A stretch of 64,000 nt of DNA from Heterodontus francisci (lineage: Eukaryota): NCBI RefSeq assembly GCF_036365525.1, contig NC_090393.1:12966785-13030784 (forward strand), read 5' to 3'. The translations under genes were made by a program, and so were the position numbers. Below are positions 49,880 to 62,069 of the stretch, one piece after another (the first letter of the stretch is position 1; each line of letters starts with the position of its first letter). The notes below the pieces were generated by a model that was not told where the DNA came from, made no database searches, and saw only the letters and a list, made by a program, of their open reading frames with translations.

Positions 49880-52010
49880 TCCAAAATATCTCAGCAAGTA
49901 ACCTAGGGATGGCCTGATAAGATACAGCAAACACAGCCAGCAATATGGCAGTATTGTTTGAGCAGAGATGATGGGCTGAATTTTATAAGCCACCCGACGT
50001 CGGGAGTCGTGGCGGGGGCTCGGAAAATAATTCTGGAGAGGCCTGCCATGGGCCTCGACGCTGAGGAGGCCTAGTCACACTTTACTGGTGGCAGAGATGC
50101 CTTGGGGCGCCCCCAACACCTCCCCTCCCGCTCCCCCCACCAATTGGTCAGCAGCGGACCCTTAATTTAAATATTTAAATACATTTAAATACATGCAAAA
50201 GCATGACGGCTGTCCCACGCCCATATTGCGGCCAGTGGCCAGAACTGCCGCGCCTTCAGACCTCCATTCGGAGATCCAAGGCGTAACACTGGTGGGGAGG
50301 GAGGAGGAGTGAAGTTTTCAGGATGGAAGTGGGGAGGGGGAAAGCAGGGAAAACTGTTCTCATTAGTTGTGGGGATGGTGGGAAGGGGTTGAGGGTCAAA
50401 GGTAATTAGGTTCGGGGAGGGAAAGTTCGGAACCTGAAAAAATCTTTTTTACGGGGGTGGGGGAGAGGGCCATTAACATTGGGGGTGTGGGACAGGGAAT
50501 TGAAGATGTGAAGAAATGTATATCTTCATTTTTAAGCATTCTGTCACTTTAAAACTTTTGATGAGACCCAAGGGCCTGAAGCCCTGTAAAAATGGCGCCG
50601 GCACCGGCGCCTGCTCGGTGGCGCTGGACGCCGTTGCTGGGGAAAGAGCAGCCGCCCCCTCTACATCATTGGGGGCAGTCATTCTGCCCCCTCCATGTAA
50701 ATGAGCCGAGCCGCTGCGCGAAATATCGTAGCAGCTCAGCGGTGCACAAGTCGTGCGTGCGACACGCCTTTTTCGATGCTCGTCACCGAGATCGGTGGTG
50801 AGCTTTCAAAATTCAGCCCGATATCTCAGTACAAGATGGTGTTCTGCTAGCCGGATCCAAAACAATGCCGGAAGAACTTCTCCAGAAGATACATGAAGGC
50901 CACATGGAAATAGAGAAGTGTAAACTCAGAGCCAGATCAGTTGAGTATTGGATAGGAATATACAAAGACATCGAAAATATGGTGTCCACATGCAATGTAT
51001 GCCAGAAGTACAGAAACACACAGCAGAAGGAGGAGATGAAAACTACTGAAGTACCACCCAGATCATGGCATACTGTAGGAGCTGATTTATTCACACACAA
51101 TCATCAATGGTATCTCATAGTCGCAGACTACCACTCAAAGTTCCATTTTATCTGGAAGGTGAAAGACTTGAGAGCCACAACAATCCTCTCAGCAGTCCGA
51201 ATTCTGTTCACATAGCAAGGGATTCCTGAAAGGTTAATATGTGACAATGGCACCCAATTTACATCCAGAGAATTTAAGGAATTCGCTGAACAGTATGGGT
51301 TCCACACCATCACCTCATCACCACACTATCCATGAGGACACGGATTTATAGAAAGACACATTAAAAAACCCTTATGAAATGCCGAGAGATGAAGGAAGAC
51401 TCAAACCTGGCCTTATTGTCAGTCTGATCCACACCTCTCTTGGCTGACATGAAATCACCTGCAGAGCTGTTGAATGGAAGAAAATATAAGAATACTCTGC
51501 CAAGCAAAATACATCCTTCAAGTGACCGGGAGGAAGTGAGACAACAACTCACTGAAGCACAGGTAAGAGGAGAGCAACACTTCAACAAATATGTTAATTC
51601 TCTACCTGAGCTATTGAAAGGACAAACTGTACATGTACAGGATCCAATCATGGAAACCTGGAGTCTAGCAAAAGTTGTTGGTGAAGCTGAGACTCCAAGG
51701 CCATATATCAGTGAGACTGAAACCGGTAACCAAATGAGAAGGAACAGAATCCATATTTGACCGACACCTGAGCTGGAACAACAGATAGGACCATCAACAA
51801 CACTGGAAACATCACTATCCAGTGAGGCAACATTAACAACATCACCAGCAAGTGACACAACATTAGCAACAGCAAGCACGACTCCTACAACACCAGGAAC
51901 AACAAGCACAACATCGCCTGCACAGCATGCTAACTCACCACTGAGAGCAACAAATGCCAAATCTATAAGATGGAGGCACAGCATCTTACCATCTAGGCAA
52001 TATTGTATAT
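49880..52010 (+). pseudogene. Integrase region of Gypsy element 2 (split by a MITE), with Thr/Ser-rich tail
   Basis: GWPDKI..RDDISVQDGVLL..IHEGHMEIEKCKLRAR..TCNVCQKY..SWHTVGADLF..LICDNGTQF..TSSPHYP..SPAELLNGRKYK..RRNRIHI. Confidence 0.9.
49973..50819. mobile_element. GC-rich MITE (PIF/Harbinger-like), subfamily B
   Basis: Perfect 12-bp TIR GGGCTGAATTTT / AAAATTCAGCCC with a perfect 3-bp TSD GAT. Removing it restores the reading frame ..SRD|DISVQDG.. Confidence 0.9.
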
Positions 52011-52177
52011 AATATATCTCGAAAAGAAAACATACTATAAAAGATTCTAAAAGGGATTCAGTTTATTTCTAAAAGTCAATTGATAATCTTCTTTAGTTTA
52101 GAAAAAAGGTTAATGATTGGAATAGTTATATTGATAATAGAGGCATTGTAATAGATAGTTTTTTGATATCTCAATCC

Positions 52178-52738
52178 CTGTGGTGAGTTTGGAGGTGGGG
52201 AAAGCATAAAATTGGGTGGGATGGTAGTGGGGGTGGGGGTCCTGCCAACATCCCGTCTCCGCCTAAATTTAGTCTGGTGTGGGTAGGCCTGTGAATGGCC
52301 TTCCTGCCCTGCTGCCAATTGAGGCCCTTAACTGGGCAATTAAGCCTCAATTAAGGGCCTCTTCCCACTGCAGTTGCAATTGCCCATGCAGTGGGTGACC
52401 CTGTTGACGCACAGGAAGCGACCCCCACCCTGCGAGACCCCTCCCGCCCGCACCTACTGAGGCCTGGGTAGAGCAATGCTCCTCAGCCTCCAGGACAGTC
52501 ACCTCCAGCAGCAGCCACCGCCTCTGCAGTGGCGCTGCAGCTGGCGGCCTCTAATTGGCCGGCAAGGGCGGGCTACCGGCGACGGTGTCCTAAACCCTAT
52601 GGAAGGCCCACCATTGGCCACTTAAGTGCTTGATTGACACTAAATTCGGTGGGCCTTCTGGAAATGTGGTGACGTGGGGATCTCGGCATCGGTTTCCCCC
52701 GACATCGAGACCTCTGCCGCCAGCCTAACATTCCCTCC
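52178..52738. mobile_element. GC-rich MITE, subfamily A, degenerate ends, between IN and the PPT
   Basis: Internal homology to the 30208 copy (AATGGCCTTCCTGCCC..AATTGAGGCCCTTAA); TIRs poorly preserved. Confidence 0.6.
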
Positions 52739-53494
52739 ATGTGTTTTTTAAAGAAAGAGGGATTTTATACATTGTTCGATTAGAAGTAAAGAGCTAAGAA
52801 CTAATTAGCTGGGAACTAATTGTCATATGTAAGTGTGTTCCAGGGGGCCACATTTCACTACCACACTGGAGTCATGTGACAGGTAACACTGCACCAGTCT
52901 ACAAGCAGTCCTTAACAGGCAGCATGGAAGCTGAATGAAATAAACAAAGAGCTTCAGTATTTTGAAGCCCGAAGTGTGATTATTTCTAAATTATGTGAAC
53001 CAGAAGACATAACAGCAACTCCCAGGAAATTATTTTTAGCAATTGATGCGAGGACATAATCTGCCATTTGGATGACTTTCATTGAGCACAGATCTTTGGT
53101 TCTTCATTTGTCTGGTTCTGTTGAAAGCCCCTCAGATTACGAGCATAGTTCACACCCTTCTTATTGCCCTGGCAGTATAACTGTGAGACAGATGGAAATA
53201 TGAATACATTTTGCTTGATAATCCCCATTCTACTGCCATGTGAAAAACAACATAACTGCGGGCACAATCCAGCCAAGATCGCCGCGCTAAAGTTTAGGTC
53301 CAATGTTGTCCCTCTTTAGAATTAGCTCCTAATTAGATCGGTCTAATACTGAGGTTAGATGCAAAATGTTGCATTTGCCAACTATCATCATGCTTCACTT
53401 TTACCAGTATAGTAACAGATAGTTTTTTGACATCTCAATACAATGTGAGAACAACGGTGGCAATCTGTGAGAAACTCAATAGCCCCAATGTAGG

Positions 53495-53785
53495 AAAAAA
53501 AACAAACATTTGCATTTATATAGTGCCGTTTATGACCTCAATGTGCCAGAACTTTACAGCCAATTGAGTACTTTTGAAGTGTAGTCACTGTTGTAATGTA
53601 GGAATCCAAGCAGCCAATTTGCACACAGCAAGCTCCCACAAACAGCCATGAGCAGAACATCTGTGATGTTGAGTGAGGGATAGATATTGTCCTGGACACA
53701 AAGGATAACTCCTCTGCTCTTGTTCAAAATAGTGCCATGGGATCTTTTACTTCCACCTCTGAGAGTAGAGGGGGCCTCAGTTAAT
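53495..53785 (-). mobile_element. Deu-domain SINE
   Basis: Reverse complement of the Deu core and tail. Confidence 0.8.
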
Positions 53786-54769
53786 GTAGGTACTACAACT
53801 GCCAGCAATAACCAAATGGAAAATGTCACTTATGGCAAAGAACGTGGAAGACTATGTGGACTTGATTCTCCTTTTTGGGAGTTCTGATAAGGTAGCATTT
53901 ACACCTGAGCCTCTTCCATTTCATTGGTTGGGCGGCGGTGGTGGGAGGGGTGGTGCAGTTTTGGATGCAGGGCTGGCTCCAACAGGAGTCCCAACACCAA
54001 GCAACAGCCTGTGAGCATCAGGCCGTAAAATCATATTAGCATTGTAGCGGTCATTGTTCCGCAGCCTCAGAAGAGATGGTCAGTCAATTAACGAGGCTGG
54101 AGTGCCTCAAAGATCAATACAATGGTTGTTATGTAGGCATTGGGAAAGGAAGGTAAAAGAATACAATGTTAAATGGGAGCCCATATGGAGGAAAAGGAGG
54201 CTGCTACCAGGCCCTCTCTCCACTCAAGAATCTCAGGACAGTTACTGCCACTTCCCCAGAACCCACTGCTACTTTCCACAAGGGCAACTCCAGGAAGCAA
54301 TCCCAAGTGGGAAAGATGCCAGGAAACAGGGGACTTGAGCCTATTCTCCCACTGCAAGTTGCTTGCAGTGGGTGGGGAATGCAGTCCTGGCAGGGGCGGA
54401 AGAGGAAAATCTATGTTGGTGAGGCTGTGGAAGGCCTAGACTTTCCCTCATTCTTTGCTGCTGTCCTTGCCTGATCTTGGGCAGGGTCACAATAAGAGAT
54501 TCCAACCCCAGGTCTAGACATTCATGCTCGACATTTGAGGCATTTCAGCAATATGTGTGAACTATTCAAATTTCAAGCTTATGAGGTACTGTCCTGCGAC
54601 CCAGACTTACCCACTCGCTATATTGTCTAAGAGTACATTTAGAGCAAGGTACATTTGTGATGAAATAAACTGTATTACAAAACCGTGAGGAGAATGTACA
54701 AGACAATTTTCAATTTAACTCCATTTACCTGTCTCTGTCTTCATTATACTCAACTAATCAATGACTCCA

Positions 54770-54960
54770 GGGACAAAATGGTAGTTGCCCTCACTCCACT
54801 TAGTGGACTAGCTGGGAGCTCCGGTCCCCCACAATGTGATTGACTCTAAACAACCCTCTGAAATGGCCTAGCAACCTACTTTGTTAGAAGGTCTATCCTC
54901 ACTTTCTAAGGGCAATTGGGAAAGGGTAAAACCCACCTGCCAAGAATGAATAATTTTTTT
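54770..54960 (+). mobile_element. 3' part of the 43095-type SINE
   Basis: CACAATGTGATTGACTCT..CCCTCTGAAATGGCCTAGCAA matches the reverse complement of 43170-43215. Confidence 0.55.
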
Positions 54961-55579
54961 TAAAAAGCTGTTGTAAATAACATAAATTATTGCTGGAATA
55001 ATACAGGACAAACATAATCATATGATATTTCTTTGTGTGCTACTGGAACGGATTAACAATCGGCTGCCAATGTGTTAATCACCTCTCCACTGATATCGCC
55101 AACAGTAATTTGTAACCTATAATTACAAAGCCCTAAAAGGATAAACCTATACTGAAAACTACACCAAAACTGAAGGCTACAAGTTTAACAGCACGATTAA
55201 TTGTTTTTGTTTTGGGTAAATATTCACAGGAGTTTCATGACTGACTTGTGAAAATGACATTCGAGGGAACTGAAACATGTCACTGCTATCAAAACTCCAT
55301 CCCAACCCCTCAGCGTTGTTTGTTTTTATTACATAGATGAGGAGTTAAGGCCTACAGCACAGTAGACTCTTTGGGATTGTAGGCTGAAAAATAGAACAGA
55401 CAGAAAGAAACAAATAAAAGTCATAGTGAGGTGTCACCAAGCTTGGGTTATGCTGGGAGATTACAGAATAACAAGAAGACAGAGGGAGATGAGGAGCTCC
55501 CAGTATTGACATCCTGAGAAAGAATGAGTCAGGGATCCTAAAGTATAAATTTATCTTGGACTGTCGCAAAAAGGAATAA

Positions 55580-55992
55580 CAGCAAATCGTCAGCCTGTTG
55601 TGAACTCCGCCCACTTTCTTTTCCCTTGACTTCAAGATGAAGAGGGCCCCTTAGTCTATCTGATTTTTAGATTACCAAATCTACCCTGCCTCTCCCAGAA
55701 CTCTGTATAGTTAATGGGTGGGTCAATGATGTGTGAGGTTGTAGCATCTAAGCTGCTTCATAAATAACCATCCAGGCTTCAACTGTTCCTCCCGGCAACC
55801 AGCCTCTGTGTGAAGAAGTATTTCCTCCTCTATCCAGTTAGTACAAGGTCCCACCTGAGATGTTTCTGTTTGACTACCTCCAACTGTTTGTCCTAGTATG
55901 CTATTAACAGCCCTGAACTCGTATTCTATTGTTCTGCTGCCTTGGTGTATTAGAAAATACTGTTCCAGGTTTATTTTCTCTACCCTGTTAAT
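55580..55992 (-). mobile_element. Old CR1 3' fragment
   Basis: NRVEKINLEQYF..GSRTIEYEFR; ATACTTCTTCACACAGAGGCTGGTTG on the minus strand. Confidence 0.6.
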
Positions 55993-56751
55993 ACAAGGTC
56001 CCATCAGACATGTTTCTATTTGAGTCTGATAAGCCTTAGTTTATCAAGTCATTCCTGATTTCTGTTATAACATCAGAATTTATATTTTAAGTATGTAAAT
56101 ATGCCACTGTCTCTTTTGACTTCCAAGGGGTTTTATGTGTCTGGTTAAAATTGGATTTTTTTTTCCATATCTTTTGTTTAATCTTCCTCAGATACCTTGG
56201 ATCAAACTATGTCTAAACACTTTAAATGTTTCCATCCATTCATTCTCACATCTGTTTCTCTGTCAATCTATCACACTGGGTTCCAGTTTTAGATCCGTGG
56301 TATATCAGTTCCTAATGAAAACTAAATCCTGCCTGTTCACTGGAACAATTCTTTTTCTCAGGATCCTGGGTAGGAAGTGAACAAGTCATTTTCATGTCCT
56401 GTTGCCTTGTCTTATTGACAAACAATCGGTAGGGTGGAGGATCAGGACAGTGTGTAGCGGTAATCTCCAAAAGGTTCTCCATCAGAATCAAGTCTTCAGC
56501 AGAGCTTTCAACATGAAAGCCCAGGCCCAAGATTTACAGCCACTAACCTGACACCTGAGATATTTACTGGTGCCAACAAAATAAACCAAGTTAGCTGTGG
56601 CAAGTTGGGTTCGTCACATAGGCCACAGGACATGGCCAAGGATCCTTAATATCGCCATATTTTCTCTTTCACCCTATTTCTCTCTTCTCTTTTGCTATTC
56701 CTTTTTTTTTCTGTTTTGTTTTATCTTCACAGCCAAACAGTAAGAGACAAT

Positions 56752-56962
56752 AAAAACAGAAAGTGCTGGAAATACTCAGCAGGTCAGACAGCATCTGTAG
56801 AGAGAGAAGCAGAGTTAACGTTTCAGGTCAATGACCTTTGAAAGGTCATCACAGACCTGAAACGTTAACTCTGCTTCTCTCTCCACACATGACCTGCTGA
56901 GTACTTCCAGTACTTTGTTTTTATTTTATATTTCCACCATTTGCAGTATTTAGCTTTTATTT
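56752..56962 (+). mobile_element. Penelope-type fold-back pseudo-LTR insertion
   Basis: Inverted arms centred at ~56839; 12-bp direct repeat GTAAGAGACAAT at 56740-56751 and 56966-56977. Confidence 0.8.
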
Positions 56963-57164
56963 TAGGTAAGAGACAATGGTTGAGGCAGGCTTATCCCAGC
57001 ATTCATTGCGATAACAAAATGGAAAATGCTTGTTCAGTAGTTACACATCGGCCACAGTCTCCCACATGACACTCTTGCTGAATGCTGCAGAGTTGGTAGG
57101 TTTTTCTTTCATCCATTTCATCCTATTCCTCATCAGCATTTTCTCTTGTCTTCCTATACTCAGG

Positions 57165-57592
57165 GCACTCTAATCTCTGAGACAGAATGTTGTGGTTTCA
57201 GAAACTTGAGCACATAATTTCGGCTGACATTCCAGGATAGTATAGAGAGGGTGTTGCTCTGTCAGAGAAGCAATCTTCTGGATGAGATATTAAACTGAGA
57301 CTCCGTCTGCCCTCTTAGGTGGATGTAAAAGATCCTACGGCCGTATTTCGAAGAAGAGCAGAGTTCTGCCAAGAGTCCTGGCCAACCTTTATCCCTCAAC
57401 CAAAAGCTAAAATAGTTTATCTGGTCATTATCATGTTGCTGTTTGTGGGATCTTGCTGTGTGCTAATTGTTTGCTGCGTTTCCTATTTTACAACCGTGAT
57501 TACACTTCAAAAGTACTCCACTGGCTGTAAAGAGCTCTGACACTGTCTAAGGTCCTGAAAGGCACTCTCTAAGTGCATGTTTTTCCTTCTTT
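57165..57592 (+). mobile_element. Deu-domain SINE, near full length
   Basis: tRNA-like head, Deu core GTGGATGTAAAAGATCC..GAAGAAGAGCAG and L2-like tail. Confidence 0.82.
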
Positions 57593-58999
57593 AAGTTCAA
57601 ATCAGGCAATGTCACATCAAAGTTATGCCACAGCAATTTGCGTGTTACTTCAAACCTAAAACTGCTTTGCATTGCGACAGAAGGGAGAAAGGAATTTGGC
57701 ATCTCTGTGGTAACACTGCAACGGTAACTTCTACCCTATAACGTGTAGTTCAGCTGACACAAATGTACAAGCTGAGCAGCTCCCGTCACACCTCCACACA
57801 CTGCCTTTTATTGACTGCTGGTTTGAGCCATCGATTTGCACTCAGAGCTACAGGCTATAACAATGCTTTCCGGCTGCTGCAAAGTGACTGCAATGTTTAT
57901 TTTAGATGGCACTGGTTTGCTGTCACACTGTCCAGAACACGAACACTCTCCTCAGACATCCAGTCGTTAGATACCAGACAATAAATGCACCCCATCGATC
58001 ACTGAAATGCTAATATTGTCTCATCTGTTTTCGAATGGTACTGTAGCCAAACTAAGCTTCTTTGGGCCGGCAATTAACTGGGATGATTGCACCAAGAAAC
58101 TGATAAATTCAATCCCTCTGTGCTACCGACAGAACTTCATATTATGGGAGAAAGGGTGTTGCCACCAGGGTGTCAAGTTTCAGTCAAAACCAGGATGTCA
58201 ATGCAATCATCCACATTAGGGTCATGGATGGCAAAGATTTTGTTGAGGGGAAAGTTGGGGAGGAGCAGCTGGTCTCATAACTTTACTCAAGGGTTATCGG
58301 GAAGGCGCATGTCTGGCCGCCATTTTGCATTCACTTGTGCTCTAGGAAAGGACATGTGGAGGTGCCAGTAAAAGCCAGTGTTAGCGAATTGCACCACTCT
58401 GCAGGGACAAGTATCAAACTGCAGTACAAAGGGCCATAAACTGCAGGCAGATAATGAAGGCATGAAGAAATTACACATCAGCCAGCACTGGCGAAGCATA
58501 CAGGAGACACTTTGCATTAATGCCCCAGTATGTGCTGTGCTTATTTTAGTTACTTTACAGCGATGCGCTTATCTCATTCTCTCTTCTCCTCACCCGCCCC
58601 CTCCTCACCAACAGAAGGAGTGATTGATGGATTTAATTAATCACAGTCAGGTTATTGTACATAAGAACCCAGCCCTGTTCAGATAGACCTGGATGTGAAA
58701 AGCAAAATAAAAATCAATTTTGCGTGTCCTTGCTCAGCTGCTGTTAACACTGAACTGCAGCATGAGGGTTGTAAAAGGCCAGAGACAGAGTTGTGCAGGT
58801 TCTCTGTGGGTCAAAATGAGGCCCACAGGGCATAATCCATCACTTAGCAATATAAAAGTCAAGGGCCCTGAATTTGCCAGAGCTGGGCATCTCGGTGTAT
58901 ATCCTGTTGCAGTGTTAGCTGTGGCTCAGTGGGCAGCAATCCTGCTTCTGCGGCAAAAGGTTGTGGGATCAAGACCCCTCCAGAGACTTGAATGCATAA

Positions 59000-59904
59000 T
59001 GTTATGACCAGATGAGAAAGGGGTCTAGGAGTTCCTTTGCCTGGTTTGACCGGAACAGGGTTTAATTTTAAAACACCATGTTTTTAGCTCCCCCTCAGTG
59101 AATCCACATTCACTCCTCCAATTGTAAGGCAAAGAAATCAGACAGGTTTCCTTAGATTTAAACAAGAAAGGTAGAAATTTATTAATCTTAAACTCTAATC
59201 CACTAACAACTACAAATATGCGATGCGACAACACTAGCATGCATATGCGATAAACACACATGCAGATAGAGACAGAAAAAGTAGAAGGAATAAAGGGGAA
59301 AAGTTTGAGGCAATATCTGTTAGTTATTTACTGCATTCGGCTCAATATGAAGTCTTTGGTTGCCAGTAGGTCCTACTATTCATTGGGGCCCAGTTCACAC
59401 TTCAACTTGTTTCGATGTAGGAGTCTTTTCCCTCTTGAGGTGTACGTGTCTTTCGTGGGTCTGGTGGCTTGGGAGAAAGCGAGAGAGACAGCCAGGAGAG
59501 AGGCTTCCTTGTTCAAGCTTCAGTTGCAAAACTGCCTTCTGGTCCTTTTTGTGTGGCACAATTCAAAAATCCCCAGGTTGCCCAGCAGGTTAGTCATGTG
59601 ACTGGCTCCTTATTTGGAACAGTTTCTCCTGCGAGGTTTGTGGATTGTATTACCTTAGCAGTCCCTGGAATGCACTTCCTTATACCTTCAATGTCTGGTG
59701 ATCAAAATCCATGTGGGTTGATTGGAGCAGGAAATAGTCCTTTGGCTCCACAAGTGGTATCTCTTAGTATGCAAATATCCTTCCAACCCAGTGTCTGGTG
59801 ATCTTCAAACAAGTCATTTCTTCACTCCAATGACAGTTTAAAATCAATGTTCATATGACAAAATTAATATGCCTCATTCTTGGCAGGAGGGGGTCTGCAT
59901 GACA
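59000..59904 (-). mobile_element. Solo LTR family X
   Basis: TGTTAT...ATGACA termini with a perfect 4-bp TSD ATAA. Homologous to 6150-7051; inserted just after a Deu-SINE head (58912-58999). Confidence 0.9.
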
Positions 59905-60136
59905 ATAACCTAAGTGTCGTTTTTCGGATGAGTTGCTAATTAGATATTTTCCTCAACCTTCAGCTCAAACATTTTTACGCTCCAAATTTCTGGAATTCCC
60001 AGCTGATTATGACACAATGAAGGAAATTATGCATCTGGGACCTTGGCGAATGACGGGACCAATGTCTATCTCCATAACCAATGTGATTTCAGGATAGAGA
60101 AAGAAACAGGGCTAATGACAGAGAATGCCTGGAGTC

Positions 60137-60515
60137 TTTTTTTAATTCATGGGATGTGGGCATTGCTGGCAAGACCAACATTTGTTGCCCATCCATAATT
60201 GCCATTGGGAAGGTGGTGGTGAGTTGCCTCGTTGAACTGCTACAGTCCAAATTAAATGCAGGAAGAAAAATAAAGAAGGAAAGAAGGATTGAATTTGTCT
60301 TATTTGTACTAGTCAATATTTTTTCCTCAAACTAAACCACTAAAACAGATGATATGGTCATTATCACTTCGCTGTTTGTGGGAGCTTGCTGTGTATACAT
60401 TGGCTGCCTACACTACAACAGTGACTACACTTCAAAAAGTACTTATTTGGCTGTAAAGTGCTTTGAGACATCCTGAGGTCATGAAAGGTGGTTTATAAAT
60501 GCAAATTCTTTCTTT
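60137..60515. mobile_element. LINE/SINE tail (minus, 60137-60250) and Deu SINE 3' half (plus, 60312-60515)
   Basis: Motifs match those at 43095 and 11772 respectively. Confidence 0.7.
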
Positions 60516-60858
60516 AATTTCAAATATGTTGCAATACAGCTAGTTCCTTGCCCCTGCATTTGGACCATGTCAAAACCAAGACTCATATTGTACTCTGGTC
60601 CAGGTCCTTCCCAGGATCTCCGAACCATATGCCTCCCCTTTCCTCTGGCCATCTACGCAACCTTTAAAGCCCAAGCTTGGTGTCAGCTAACTGCTGGTTC
60701 ATGTTTTAAACTCACTCTTTCCAATTTTGGTGGTGGCCTCCATTACGGGATTTGGCTCTACACCTATTAATAATAAAAAAAATTGATTAAAGTTCAAGTG
60801 AATTGATAATCAAATTTTAGACCAATGGAAAACAGTAATCATTGATTCATAAAACAGT

Positions 60859-62069
60859 TGTTATGACCAAGGTGGGAGGAGTGCACTGTTTATTCTAGTT
60901 CCATTTCTCTGCAGATCTCAACAGATTTAAATTTTCCTACTTATCGATACAATCAATCATATACCCTGTTTTTCCCAGAATAAAACACACCAACCAGGTT
61001 TTTTTAATAAAAAACAAAATTAACAGTTTATTATGAAACAAGTCTTAACCAGTAATGAAGTAAAGCATAAACACACAGATTGAAGTATAAAAGTTCCCTC
61101 TGTACCTCAACCCCTCACACACACATACATACACTGGTTAACCAGACAAATAAAAGGGATTTTTGTTTTCGAGCACTGTTACAAAAACAGACAAAAAAAA
61201 CTTAGGCTGAATACTTGCTCATTCTTGAAGAAAAAAAGAAAAGATATGGAAAGATGTCCTTTGTTTTGGTTTGGCATCCCAAATGCATATAGATGGCTAT
61301 CACTGGGATCTTCCTGGAACAGTTCTTTCTAGGCGATGTTGAAGATCAGTTTGGGTAGGCTTTCCAAGAAATGCAGCTACAGAGACTTCAGGTAGGTCTT
61401 ACAGCAGAAATGTGGCAACAGGAGTTTCAGTTCCCACACATTCGATACACAGGATTTCTTCAAATACAGGAGAAAAGTGGAGACTGACACACTGAATACG
61501 CAGGGTTTCTTTCCCAGTGAGAGAAAGAGATGAGCTGGGTTTCCTTGGCAGGTAAAAAAAAAAATTGTCTTCCAAACAGTTCACTCCAAGTCACTGTCGA
61601 AAGTGAAACCAAAACAATGTCACAAGAATCAAATCAAAAAGTGCTGGAAGTACTCAGCAGGTCTGGTAGCATATGCGGAGAGAGAAGCAAAGTTATCATT
61701 TCAGGTCTGTGACCTTTCATCAGAACTGGCAAAGGTTAGAAAAGAATTAGGTTTTAAGCAAGTGAAGGGGGGTGGGGGAGAGAACAAAGGGGAAAAATCA
61801 AGCCTCCTGACCCCGATAAAGCTTGACCTATCACTTCTATGTAAACATCTTCCCCAAGTCAAAACAACAAGCTTGGTAATTATCTGCAAACAGGTGCCTT
61901 CCAGTAAAGGCTTGTTAGCAAGTCAAGTCTAGGAAATCTTCTGGCGACCTCTTTTCAAAAAAACACAAAGTTCAGCATTTCTTCAAGCTTCCAGATGAAT
62001 CAATGTACATAATTTAACTATAAGTCTTTAAAAACTTATTTTACGAAAAATAGAAGCACTCTCGTAACA
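60859..62069 (-). mobile_element. Solo LTR family Z (~1.05 kb plus nested Penelope fragment)
   Basis: TGTTATGACC...CGTAACA termini with a perfect 4-bp TSD CAGT. Terminus resembles families X and Y. Confidence 0.82.
61632..61795 (-). mobile_element. Penelope-type pseudo-LTR fragment with decayed hammerhead
   Basis: Minus strand AGTT-CTGATGA-A-AGGTC-ACA-GACCT-GAAA-TGA-T-AACT (61691-61727); extends further upstream than the other copies. Confidence 0.75.

Larger units (their letters stand above)
48717..53014 (+). mobile_element. Internally deleted Gypsy (Mag-like) LTR retrotransposon: LTR-gag-IN-LTR
   Basis: LTRs 48717-48938 and 52763-53014, perfect 5-bp TSD GCAAC, PBS TGGTGGCAGAAG (tRNA-Leu-like), PPT AAGAAAGAGGGA (52751-52762). 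No PR, RT or RH motifs. Confidence 0.92.

Noticed and set aside
51361-51984. 207-aa minus-strand ORF
   Set aside because: Antisense shadow of the integrase C-terminus and its ACA-rich repeat.
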